Shown: one piece after another, positions 12,725-25,500 of the stretch
How the letters are laid out: the number at the start of each line of letters is the position of its first letter
How positions within the stretch are numbered: the stretch's first letter is position 1
DNA from: Lingula anatina
Taxonomy: Eukaryota; Animalia; Brachiopoda
Assembly: GCA_051362555.1 (NCBI GenBank)
Contig: CM120649.1
Span: 7,812,001-7,876,000 of the forward strand
DNA length: 64,000 nt
Direction of reading: 5' to 3'
The notes under the pieces: model-generated
Told to the model about the DNA's origin: nothing
Databases searched by the model: none
The model's input: only the letters and a program-made list of their open reading frames with translations
Position numbers and translations under genes: made by a program

Positions 12725-13270
12725 TACAGGCCTACCCAACTACCAGACTCTGCACCGAATGATCCTGAATTCACCGGTAGATCAGACCACACTACCCGTT
12801 TTCAAGGTGTGTGTCAGTGCACGGATGCAGAAAGGAGGCAGCCAACTACTCCGTCCTACCACGCCAAATAATCTGTGCCCATAGTTAAATCAAGTTTCAT
12901 TGTTCAAAAAGACGGCTGTTCCGGGGCCTCTCGTTGTTTATCACCTGAAAAAGTTTTCCAACATTGCTCGAATTCTCTCTATTAGATATCATCAATGCTC
13001 TTTGTCTATTAAATGGATGTTATATCCGCTTGATGGCTTTTAAGATTTTAAATGTCGCCATTAAGTAGAGTAGTTAGCGCGTGGATGTATTTTATCATTT
13101 AATTTGCATTTCAGACAAGATCTGGGTGTCAGGATATCTCTCAGGATGTCGCATGCAAGGTAGGCCTACATGCGTGTATTGCACTTCTCTTTACATTTTA
13201 GACTGCGCCAAGCAAGCAAATGTCTGACGAAAGAACTATTTAGTTGCTAAGTGGTCCGTGTGAGGTGTTA

Positions 13271-13405
13271 ATGGACAGCAATATGCACCTAACGCGGGTA
13301 AACGTCTTTCATACTGTGGTCGTGGTATTCTGTATATTGGTGTTGGTATTTGTCTTTACGTGGAGTCCTGGCCTGGAAGTTGTGAGCAAAGATGGAGGTA
13401 CAGGT

Positions 13406-13476
<71 letters not shown>

Positions 13477-15688
13477 TCTCTTTCTCTTCTCTCTATCTGT
13501 TTCTCTCTGACACACACACGTGCTATCTCTCTCTCCCCCTCACGCACACACACACCTCTGATTCTCTCTCTCTTTAACATGACAAGCTAAACACAGGTGT
13601 CAACGTCAATAACATTAACGTAAAACATTAAAACAGGTCCTGTGGTTTTCGTTCAATGGCCTTCTTTACTTACAACTTACCTTAAAAATTGAAACATTGT
13701 CCTTATGAGAACAGGGTCCCGTATCTCGAAAGCTTCGCTTATGGCGAGCGTGCGCAAGCATGGCGATTCCGCGCTATCCCATATCTCGAAAGCTTCGCAA
13801 ATCGCGGCCGTGCGCTAATAGCGAAATCAGCATTAGTTTCGAGGCTATTATTTGCGGCGATACAAACTAGTCGCAAAGGCCTCTGCGTATGCATAATTCG
13901 TCATTTTAATGTGTCTTTCATGTAATTAAACATGGCGGCAAGTTTGGGTTGCTAGTCATAATAGCATATAACAAAAGCTATAACAAAAACATGGAAGCTT
14001 ATAATAGATTGAATCACTCGGTACCTCTGATAGGAAAACTTGCGGTAAATATTTACGTGAAGAATGCTAAAGTCATGTTTTATGATGCATAAACATTTGA
14101 AAATTAAACATTTCATACATCATTTTATATTTTCTGATGAATATAATTCATCTGTGTAGTCTACTGATAATAAGCATATATTTAAAAGTGTCATTTTCTA
14201 CACAAAATGAAAAAGCAGAGACAAAGCATTCGGTCGCACCGTGACCTTCCTCAATGTCTATAACTCTATTACTATGAGACAGAACACTACTCACAAATGC
14301 GTCAATAATTGTGTCAGTCCAAGCTTCGCTAATTGAATTGTTTTTTGAAATTTTATTGGTGTCCAACACTTCAAATATCAGTATTTGTAATTATGATATT
14401 CCTATAAATAAAAACAGCCTCTTGATTAGCGTCATGGTGAAAAAATTACATTTTGTGTAATTATGTTATGACGTCATTACTTTATGCGGCAATCGAATTT
14501 TAGTAGAGTTTGAGGTTATAATTGCGTTGCGTTTGCTAAGGCTTAGAGATAGCCGGTGGGGAATCGCCATGCTCGCATCCGTGCGCAACATAGCGAAGCT
14601 TTCGAGATACGGGGCCCAGATCTATTTCCTTGTTTTCAGAAAACACGATCTCCATGAGGAAGGCAATGCAGGCCAACAACCTAAATAGTGGTCGGGTATG
14701 CTTCAAATGATATTTTATTAATGAAGATTAAGTCATATAATTATTTTATAAAATGCAAATTTCCTTCAAACCCGTGTACTACTACGAAAATAACATTTTC
14801 AGTTTTTTTTTTTTTTTTTTTTTTCATTTTCAGTACTTTTCGTGGGCGGAAGTGCCTCTCAGTTGGCAAAATATAATGAAAGCAAGGAGAAAAATTCTAT
14901 AGGACGCATGTCCAAAAAACACCAAGTTAGCACTTGCCACAAACGCAAGCAGTATTCTGGCTGGTCGTCCATTTTTGTGGGTAGACGACAGACACAGTCT
15001 GATATACTGTGAAATACCAAAAGTGGGCTGTACGAACTTTAAACGTTTGATGTATGGGCTCACGGCAAACGCAGATATTACAGAATACAAAGACATTGGG
15101 GCGTATGAAGTGCACTATAAATATCAGAAGTTTTTGGTGCCCCTGTCTGACTTTTCCGAATTTGGAATCAAGTTCCGTCTTGCAAACTATCTGAAAGTTG
15201 TTCTTGTGAGGCATCCCTTTGAAAGACTAGTGTCTGCTTACAGGAACAAATTAGAGAAACTCAGCGCTTTTTCACGTCAAATTGGGGCCTATATCAAACC
15301 TTTCATGAGATCCCCGGGGATGAAGAGCGCGCCGCAAGAAGGGGACGGAATTTCATTTGCTGCGTTCGTCAAATACATTAATGTCTATTCTCAGCTTTCT
15401 ACTAAACCGTTCAACCCGCACTGGAGAACTTATAACGAGTTGTGTAATCCATGTGACGTCAAATATGACGTCATTGTGCGATACGAAACTATCCAACATG
15501 ATGTCAGCATGTTGCTTAAACTGTTGCGCGTGGCTGTGAAGTTCAAGTACCCTGATGGTGACATGTCATCTGTGTCGTCTGCAGGAGTTTGGAGGTCCTA
15601 TTTCGCCAACGTGCCCTCTTCAGATCTCAACGAACTGAAGGGAATTTACAAACTAGACGCTAAATTGTTCAACTACACTTTCAATTAA
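13271..15688 (+). CDS. Carbohydrate sulfotransferase (Sulfotransfer_2; CHST8-14/HNK-1ST-like), exons 13271-13403, 14640-14695, 14834-15688; in-frame TAG at 14900-14902
   Basis: Exon 1 encodes a type II signal anchor (VFHTVVVVFCILVLVFVFTW). GT-AG junctions keep frame (phase 1, then 0). 5'-PSB motif YCEIPKVGCTNFKR, 3'-PB motif VRHPFERLVSAY, HW...LCNPC..KYD, and Y..D..LFNY end. Confidence 0.85.
13409..13575. repeat. Compound (CT)n/(CA)n microsatellite
   Basis: Seen directly, just downstream of the exon 1 donor. Confidence 0.95.
13714..14617. mobile_element. Non-autonomous TIR element in sulfotransferase intron 1 (PIF/Harbinger-like ends)
   Basis: gggtcccgtatctcgaaagcttcgct ... agcgaagctttcgagatacggggccc terminal inverted repeats. 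Confidence 0.7.
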
Positions 15689-17161
15689 GATCTAATGCAG
15701 CTTACAAATTTAAAAAAGAAGAGTTTTAAAAAAGGAAGTGAGATCAGATCGATCTTTTTACTAGGCCTACTACATACAGTAGAGCTTTTTCACCGCATTC
15801 AAACCTATACATTATTTATGTCTCCTCATTAACCCAACCCGACTGCCAGTTTTACACGTCCCTTCAAACAGTCAAAAGGTGCTTACGTTTCCTGTAAGCT
15901 AACCATAATGTAAAACCTTTTGTGATCTTATGCCGTCACCGATTATATAGCAGAAATGACAAGAGGAAAGTTCAAATATTCAGAGCATCTGTCTGGTAGG
16001 CCTATGTGTATAAAAATCGCATCGGTTGTTTAACCTTAGAGTTTAAAATCCTGCGGGTGTGCGCAGGAGAATGCATCCACTTTCGTCGCTATTTAGATTC
16101 TCTAGAATACCTGGCGACCAATATTTGCACCCTCGACATCTAGGGAACAACCACGTGGGTGTCATATTGTGTCATCAAGCACCACCAACACAATATGACA
16201 CCAGACGCGGAGTGAGGTAGACAAAAGTTAACTTTTCAAACAATCTATTCTTCTATTAGATGTTCTTTCTGTTTTTTGTTGTTTATGGCACGTTTAAAGT
16301 GAAATAGGACTTTGGAGTTCAAAACTATCCTCATATTGTTTACAATGAAGATTTTTTTATCCTTCTCTGAATTTTATTTTCTAATCTCTCTAAATCATTT
16401 AACGGAAAAGAATGCACGGAAAGCTCGTTTGAAAGGTGGGGCAAATGATTTTACTGCTAAATACGCGGTAAAAAGAAGTCGACCGCTTCATTGATGAAGT
16501 GTTTTTGGCCTCACTGATGAAGTATCTTCGTCTATCCTTTGCCATTCAAAAGATCACGCTACAATTTGTCTATGATTTCGTTTCAAATTTTGTTTGTTCT
16601 TTAAAATGGCCATTATGTTATTTTCGAGTCCCCCGTATATTTTACAACTTATGCACCAGCATAAGCGAAACACCTGTTGTCAATCAATGAAAAAATCATT
16701 TTCATACAATGCATTTTTTATTATCATATTTTACAATTTATAACACCTTGTACACAATGGCAAAATATACCATTTAGTAGTAATACAAGATGATTTGCAC
16801 CAAGGGATTGTACATATAATGTCACAGATGTATTTTAAATGCTAAATATTACTAATAACTAGTAACTTACAGCATTAAATAAGACAATCACATTTACTGA
16901 ACATGACGACAACACATATTCGTAAAGGTAAATTACAAACATCAGAAACGTTATACAGTATTAATAAAATACAGTCTTCAAAATACATAAACGGCCTCTG
17001 CAACATGCAACGATACATGTTCTTTAGGTAAAATACAATAGTACTAGTGGATAACCTTATTTCGCATCAGATACCTCATCGATATGGTAAAAACACACGA
17101 CATGATATACTGGCTTCTGATAATCACGACATCTATTGTACAAGTTATTACATGGCTTTGA

Positions 17162-17388
17162 CTAGGTTCCCATAACCCCATCGTACTAGCAGTTTCGATC
17201 TAATTCAGAAGAGATTCTCGCTAAATTGCACTCAGTTTAAGCGGCTTAAATGTCTGGCTACTGAAGCTGCTAGGAGGTAATCAACTTTTGTGCATATTTT
17301 ACCTCATATATAAAATGCAATTTAGCAAGAATCCCCTCGGAAACAGAATAAGTCTGCTAGTACGATAGGGTTATTGGAATGGGCCCTT
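17162..17388. mobile_element. MITE; related copy at ~54420-54815
   Basis: Inverted ends cccataaccccatcgtactagcag / ctgctagtacgatagggttattgg. Internal atgtctggc-tactgaagctgcta is shared in reverse with ~54490-54520. Confidence 0.6.
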
Positions 17389-18396
17389 AGACCCCAGTAG
17401 ACCATTACTTTAAATAAAAGAAACCTTGATATCTACACTAGTATAAAATAGTTAATAAAACAATACAAACGATGCATTATTAACTGGCTCCACACTAAGT
17501 ATGCTGGCTACACATAAAACAATTTTCATTTGGATGATATAGGAATGTATAAGGGACACTTGTTATGATTTTATACAGATATCTCATCTAGAATACGAGA
17601 AAAAGTTTATCACAATTCATGTGATACATTTCTTTTTCACTCTGCTATTCCTTATATAATGGAATGTAACAAATGTATTTTAAAAATATCCTCAAAGTTT
17701 ACACATAAAATATTTGCAATGGATACACTTGGATTTTGATAAACAATGCACGTTTACATCCCAACATAAAACTAATTGTTAAAACTGTTATTTTATAAAT
17801 TGTGTCTGCAAAATGCCACTGTACACGGACTACAAATGAAACAGTTCTTAATGCGATAACATACAATGTATATAAAGTACTATACATGTACTTGCAGAAT
17901 GATGATACTTTGTCAGACATTTCTCCTATAGCACGCTTACTATCTATCATAAATTACGTGATACATTTGCCCCTTACTAGAGAACACAAAAAACCGAAAA
18001 CCCATAAAGAACGGTGATAAACAGCCATGGATGCGCTGGGAAAATAATTGAGACCAAAATTCTCATATTCACTTGACGTTTGAGAAATATCAATTACATT
18101 CACATAGTCTATGAATAACTCGGCTTTAACCCCCTTGCATTTAATATCAGCAATGTGTGTGTGTGTGTGTGTGTTTTTGTCTGTGTGCGTGTGTGTGTGT
18201 GAGAGAGAGAGAGAGAGACTGTACAGGCATGTCGACTGTAGATTTTGTCACGCACTAAGATCTTTTGCAATATAGACAGAATATTTTACTAGCAAAAGAG
18301 AAGTTTTAAAAAGTGATCGAGGATTTATGGGAACTCTACTTAGATAATGATGTGGCCAGTGTTTAACTGGTTGAGGTAAATATTGTCGCTTTTCAG

Positions 18397-19525
18397 CCTG
18401 GGTCCCGACTACACGCACGATTTTCAGGACGTACGTTTTTTAGGTTCCTCTCGTCTGGCTGGGCCGTAGCGAGATCGCAGGAAAGGAATCAAGTAATTGG
18501 TGATTGCAAGGAGTTCGCAAGAAGAAAGTACATGGAAAGTACGTGAGAAGCACAGTCTCCGCGCGTCAGAAGTACCTGCTGCGCCTGACGGGCTTTCGCA
18601 CGTGTCCCGCGCGCCCCGTTCGTGCTAAGTACAAGCATCGTGCACTATGTACGTAATCCGTACTAAGAGCACGGGCAACGCAAGGAGTACGCAAGTAAGT
18701 ATATGTCAAAGGCCTGGACCAAATCTAGTCCTGTGCATTTTAATTGTTTAAACAACATAAAGAATGGGCCCAGCCAGGGCGTAATAAACATGGGGTCTGG
18801 GCTTTTTATGCATGGGACTAGATTTGATCCGGGCCTTTGACATATACGTACGGCAGTCTTGCTGACTTCCTACGGTTGTTGTTCGTCCTTTGCACGACAG
18901 TCTTGCGTGTTGAGATGTTTTTGGGAGGGTATAAAAACAGTGAATGTTTGAGATCATTATATCCGCAACAGTGTTCAAAGATGGTGAGCCAAAGCATGCC
19001 TGGCTTGTCTCCGGTCCCCCTATCCCCACCCTGCTTTTTGTTGTCTTTTTAAGCATTTTTAAAACTAGAAATTCAAGGCAGAAATGATGCTTTTTCGTGA
19101 ACGATCCTCCTTTTAAACTCACGATCCGTGCGCATGAAGTGCCTACTACTTACTCAACATGCACGAAGCCCGTGAGGTCCACACGGTGGGCGAGTGGTAG
19201 TGCGAAGTGAGCACAGAGTGAGCAAGAAATAAGTACTTTTACCGTGCTTCTTAACCACGTGCATCCCACTCACCAATCGCAGTGGAAAAGAATTTCCTCA
19301 CGTGTCCCGTACTACAGGCGCACGACAGGCGAACGTGTTCCATTTTTTTATTTCGTAGACCGCACACAGCGGCTGTTGTTCATGTCAAACAAGTTCTGCG
19401 TGCTGTCTGCGCCCTCTCAAAGTTGCACGATGGACGTGCTCCTCCCGCACAAAATCTCTGTTTTCCATAATTTTTTGGCCGTAAACCAGAAGTAGCAGTT
19501 CGCGCGTTGGATAAGGACCCAGGCT
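18397..19525. mobile_element. GC-rich ~1.1-kb TIR element just downstream of the TPR gene stop
   Basis: gcctgggtcc...cgcacga / tcgcgcg...ggacccaggc inverted ends and an abrupt GC/CpG shift; no recognisable ORF. Confidence 0.55.
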
Positions 19526-19593
19526 TAAATTGCCCTTTATATCGTTGTCTCTTACAGAAATAGAAGTAGAATGATTTTAGAAATGGAGTCTTA

Positions 19594-22500
19594 CTATTGA
19601 GGAGAACAGTTTTCATACTTTGTTCTGATGACAATTTTGGCTAAATCTTCTATAATATTGACTATCCTAATGATAGCGGGGTGTTTGGGACCAAGTATCT
19701 CCAATCTCAATTTAAGACATTTTTTGTGATAATCAAGTGACTCTTTATACTCACCCATGGTCTGCAGTACACTGCCGATATTGTTGTAGGAGCTGGTATT
19801 GGGGTGTTTGGGACCAAGTATTTCCAATCTCAATTCAAGACATTTTTTTTATAATCAAGTGACTCTTTATACTCACCCATGGTCCGCAGTACACTACCGA
19901 TATTGTTGTAGGAGGTGGCGGTATTGGGGTGTTTGGGACCAAGTATCTCCTCTGTCAATGCAAGACATTTTTTTTGTGATAATCAAGTGACTCTTTATAC
20001 TTACCCATGGTCTGCAGCACATTACCGATATTGTTGTAGGAGCTGGCGGTATTGGGGTGTTTGGGACCAAGTATTTCATTTGTCAATGCAAGACAATTTT
20101 TGTGATAATCAAGAGAGTCTTTATACTTACCCATGGTCTGCAGCACATTACCGATATTGTTGTAGGAGCTGGCGGTATTGGGGTGTTTGGGACCAAGTAT
20201 CTCCAATCTCAATTCAAGACAATTTTTGTGATAATCAAGTGACTCTTTACACTCACCCATAGACCACAGTACAATACCGATATTGTTGTAGGAGGCGGCG
20301 GTATTGGGGTGTTGAGACCAAGTATTTCATTTGTCAATGCAAGACATTTTTTGTGATAATCAAGTGACTCTTTATACTTACCCATGGTCTGCAGCACATT
20401 ACCGATATTGTTGTAGGAGCTGGCGGTATTGGGGTGTTTGGGACCAAGTATCTCCAATCTCAATTAAAGACATTTTTGTGATAATCAAGTGACTCTTTAT
20501 ACTCACCCATGGCCTGCAGTACACTACCGATATTGTTGTAGGAGGTGGCGGTATCGGGGTGTTTGGGACCAAGTATCTCCTTTGTCAATGCAAGACATTT
20601 TTTGTGATAATCAAGTGATTCTTTATACTCACCCATGGCCTGCAGCACACTACCGATATTGTTGTAGGAAGTGGCGGTATTGGGGTGTTTGGGACCAAGT
20701 ATCTCCAATCTCAATTCAAGACATTTTTGGTGATAATCAAGTGACTCTTTATACTCAACCATGGCCTGCAGTACACTACCGATATTTTTGTAGGAGGTGG
20801 CGGTATTGGGGTGTTTGGGACCAAGTATCTCCACTGTCAATGCAAGACATTTTTTGTGATAATCAAGTGATTCTTTATACTCACCCATGGCCTGCAGCAC
20901 ACTACCGATATTGTTGTAAGACCAGGCGGTATTGGGATGTTTGGGACCGAGTATCTCTTCTCTCAATGCAAGCCATTTTTTGTGATAATCAAGTGACTCT
21001 TTATACTCACCCATGGCCTGCAGCACACTACCGATATTGTTGTAGGAGGTGGCGGTATTGGGGTGTTTGGGACCAAGTATCTCCAATCTCAATTCAAGAC
21101 ATTTTTTGTGATAATCAAGTGACTCTTTATACTCACCCATGGTCTGCAGCACACTACCGATATTGTTGTAGGAGGTGGCGGTTTTGGGGTGTTTGGGACC
21201 AAGTATCTCCAATCTCAATTCAAGACATTTTTTGTAATAATCAAGTGACTCTTTATACTCACCCATGGTCTGCAGCACACTACCGATATTGATGTAGGAG
21301 GTGGCGGTATTGGGGTGTTTGGGACCAAGTATTTCCTTTGTCATTGCAAGACATTTTTTGTGATAATCAAGTGACTCTTTATACTCACCCATGTCCTGCA
21401 GCACATTACCGATATTGTTGTAGGAGCTGACGGTATCAGGGTGTTTAGGACCAAGTATCTCCAATCTCAATTCAAGACATTTTTTGTAATAATCAAGTGA
21501 CTCTTTATACTCACCCATGGCCTGCAGCACATTACCGATACTGTTGTAAGAGCTGGTGGTATCGGGATGTTTGGGACCGAGTATCTCCACTGTCAATGCA
21601 AGACATTTTTTGTGATAATCAAGTGATTCTTTATACTCACCCATGGCCTGCAGCACACTACCGATATTGTTGTAGGAGCTAACGGTAGTAGGGTGTTTAG
21701 GACCAAGTATCTCCAATCTCAATTCAAGACATTTTTTGTAATAATCAAGTGACTCTTTATACTCACCCATGGCCTGCAGCACAAAACCGATATTGATGTA
21801 GGAGGTGGCGGTATTGGGGTGTTTGGGACCAAGTATTTCCTTTGTCATTGCAAGACATTTTTTGTGATAATCAAGTGACTCTTTATACTCACCCATGTCC
21901 TGCAGCAAACTACCGATATTGTTGTAGGAGCTGACGGTATCAGGGTGTTTAGGACCAAGTATCTCCAATCTCAATTCAAGACATTTTTTGTGATAATCAA
22001 GTGACTCTTTATACTCACCCATGGTCTGCAGCACACTACCGATATTGTTGTAAGAGCTGGTGGTATCGGGATGTTTGGGACCGAGTATCTCCACTGTCAA
22101 TGCAAGACATTTTTTGTGATAATCAAGTGATTCTTTATACTCACCCATGGCCTGCAGCACACTACCGATATTGTTGTAGGAGCTAACGGTATTAGGGTGT
22201 TTGGGACCAAGTATTTCCTTTGTCATTGCAAGACATTTTTTGTGATAATCAAGTGACTCTTTATACTCACCCATGTCCTGCAGCACACTACCGATATTGT
22301 TGTAGGAGCTGACGGTATCAGGGTGTTTAGGACCAAGTATCTCCAATCTCAATTCAAGACATTTTTTGTGATAATCAAGTGACTCTTTATACTCACCCAT
22401 GGTCTGCAGCACACTACCGATATTGTTGTAAGAGCTGGTGGTATCGGGATGTTTGGGACCGAGTATCTCCACTGTCAATGCAAGACATTTTTTGTGATAA

Positions 22501-25500
22501 TCAAGTGATTCTTTATACTCACCCATGTCCTGCAGCACACTACCGATATTGTTGTAGGAGGTGGCGGTTTTGGGGTGTTTAGGACCAAGTATCTCCAATC
22601 TCAATTCAAGACATTTTTTGTAATAATCAAGTGACTCTTTATACTCACCCATGGTCTGCAGCACACTACCGATATTGATGTAGGAGGTGGCGGTATTGGG
22701 GTGTTTGGGACCAAGTATCTCCAATCTCAATTCAAGACATTTTTTGTAATAATCAAGTGAGTCTTTATACTCACCCATGGCCTGCAGTACATTACCGATA
22801 CTGTTGTAAGAGCTGGCTGTATTGGGGTGTTTGGGACCGAGTATCTCCAATCTCAATTCAAGACATTTTTTGTAATAATCAAGTGACTCTTTATACTCAC
22901 CCATGGCCTGCAGCACATTACCGATACTGTTGTAAGAGCTGGTGGTATCGGGATGTTTGGGACCGAGTATCTCCACTGTCAATGCAAGACATTTTTTGTG
23001 ATAATCAAGTGATTCTTTATACTCACCCATGGCCTGCAGCACACTACCGATATTGTTGTAGGAGCTAACGGTATTAGGGTGTTTAGGACCAAGTATCTCC
23101 AATCTCAATTCAAGACATTTTTTGTAATAATCAAGTGACTCTTTATACTCACCCATGGCCTGCAGCACACTACCGATATTGTTGTAGGAGCTGGCGGTTT
23201 TGGGGTGTTTGGGACCAAGTATCTCCAATCTCAATTCAAGACATTTGTTGTAATAATCAAGTGACTCTTTATACTCACCCATGGTCTGCAGCACACTACC
23301 GTTATTGATGTAGGAGGTGGCGGTATTGGGGTGTTTGGAACCAAGTATTTCCTTTGTCATTGCAAGACATTTTTTATGATAATCAAGTGACTCTTTATAC
23401 TCACCCATGTCCTGCAGCACACTACCGATATTGTTGTAGGAGCTGACGGTATCAGGGTGTTTAGGACCAAGTATTTCCAATCTCAATTCAAGACATTTTT
23501 GGTGATAATCAAGTGACTCTTTATACTCACCCATGTCCGGCAGTACATTACCGATATTGTTGTAGGAGCTGGCGGTTTTGGGGTGTTTGGGACCAAGTAT
23601 CTCCACTGTCAATGCAAGACATTTTTTGTGATAATCAAGTGATTCTTTATACTCACCCATGTCGTGCAGCACACTACCGATATTGTTGTAAGACCAGGCG
23701 GTATTGGGATGTTTGGGACCGAGTATCTCTTCTCTCAATGCAAGACATTTTTCGTGATAATCAAGTGACTCTTTATACTCACCCATGTCACGCAGTACAG
23801 TACCGATATGGTTGTAGGAGCAGGCGGTATTTGGGTGTTTAGGACCAAGTATCTCCACTGTCAATGCAAGACATTTTTTGTGATAATCAAGTGATTCTTT
23901 ATACTCACCCATGGCCTGCAGCACATTACCGATACTGTTGTAAGAGCTGGCGGTATCGGGATGTTTGGGACCGAGTATCTCTTCTCTCAATGCAAGACAT
24001 TTTTCGTGATAATCAAGTGACTCTTTATACTCACCCATGGCCTGCAGCACATTACCGATACTGTTGTAAGAGCTGGCGGTATCGGGATGTTTGGGACCGA
24101 GTATCTCTTCTCTCAATGCAAGACATTTTTCGTGATAATCAAGTGATTCTTTATACTCACCCATTGCCTGCAGCACACTACCGATATTGTTGTAGATGCT
24201 GGTGGTATTGTGGTGCTTGAGACCAAGTATCTCCTCTCTCAATGCAAGACTTTTTTTGAAATAATCAAGTGACTCTTTATATTTACCCATGGCATAAAGT
24301 ACACTACCGATATTGTTGTAGGAGGCGGCGGTATTGGGGTGTTGAGGACCAAGTATTTCATTTGTCAATTCAAGACATTTTTTGTGATAATCAAGTGACT
24401 CTTTATATTTACCCATGGCATAAAGTACACTACCGATATTGTTGTAGGAGTAGGCGGTATCGGTGTGTTTGAGACCTAAAAGTTTAACCAGCTCATGTGA
24501 CACTGATTTGTAAATATGTAGAGCCTCCTGGTGGAGAAAAATGCTGTAAAAAATGTTTGCTATCGTTGCTAAATTGTTTACACTTTCCAGTTTTTTAGAT
24601 GCATCTTGGGTTTTGAAATTCTTAATATATAAAGCAGCCGTTTGTTTTACATGTGGTAGCATCAGGGATAAAAAAGTTGCATCTGTCGCACCAACATGTC
24701 TCATTTTAAACCTTTTGAGAGCTTTTATATAGTAACTGCAATAGGCATCTCGAATTTCAAAAATATAATTGCCATGTTTCAGGGCCTTGCATTCTGCATA
24801 TTCCCTTAGTAAAGGGTGGACATCATAGGTGTTACCATCTGTAGTAATGAGCGATTTGTTGGCAAGAATATCAAGGATATGTTCACATTTATTTTGATCT
24901 AATCTTACAATAGCAGAGGCCTCTTCCAGATTAAAAGCAACGGGGAATGTGTGAAGTGCAACAAACACCTTTCTCGCCTCCGGTTTTAATGTTTCATAAG
25001 AAATATCAAAGCAAGTTTTGATTTCTTTTGGCATGCTTGGAATGGAAAGAGTGGGTAGCATCTTCTGAGTTTTAATTTTCTCCAATACTGCTTCTGTTTG
25101 TTTTTTGTCAAGCAGTCCAGCTAGCAATTTTAAGGCAAGGGGGTTATAGCCACACATTTCTGCCATTTCATCTAAGTTCGCTAACTCGGTGTCCGTGGGA
25201 CTGGTTGATTTTCGTACCCACAGGACGTCACGCGAGGAGCTTTTATCAAGTTTATCAATGTCTAACACAACTATTTTATGTGTTGTGAAATCAAATCTTT
25301 CACGACTGGCGCATAACAAACTGATATGTTTTGTTGAATCCATTACATCTTTCAAAAATTCACTAAACTCCTTCCTATTTGAACTTAAAAAAGACTCATT
25401 ATTATCTAGGATAAATAGGGTGTCAGTAGTCAAACTAGACAAAGTCTGTTTGAATATGTTTTGGTAATCAGAGTATAAGTCTTTCAAATGACGTGTTGGG

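Noticed and set aside
19799-24472. Many plus-strand ORFs (…HPWPAAHYRYCC…)
   Set aside because: Antisense shadows of the TPR array, broken by stops at irregular points.
19680-24480. Regular repeat array that could be taken for a CRISPR or TALE-like array
   Set aside because: There are no unique spacers, the units are contiguous in-frame 42-aa TPRs, the context is eukaryotic, and the unit is not the 34-aa TALE repeat.
24810-24830. VHP in place of MHD as a sign of an autoactive NLR
   Set aside because: The Asp is not conserved in many non-plant STAND-TPR proteins, so nothing can be inferred.
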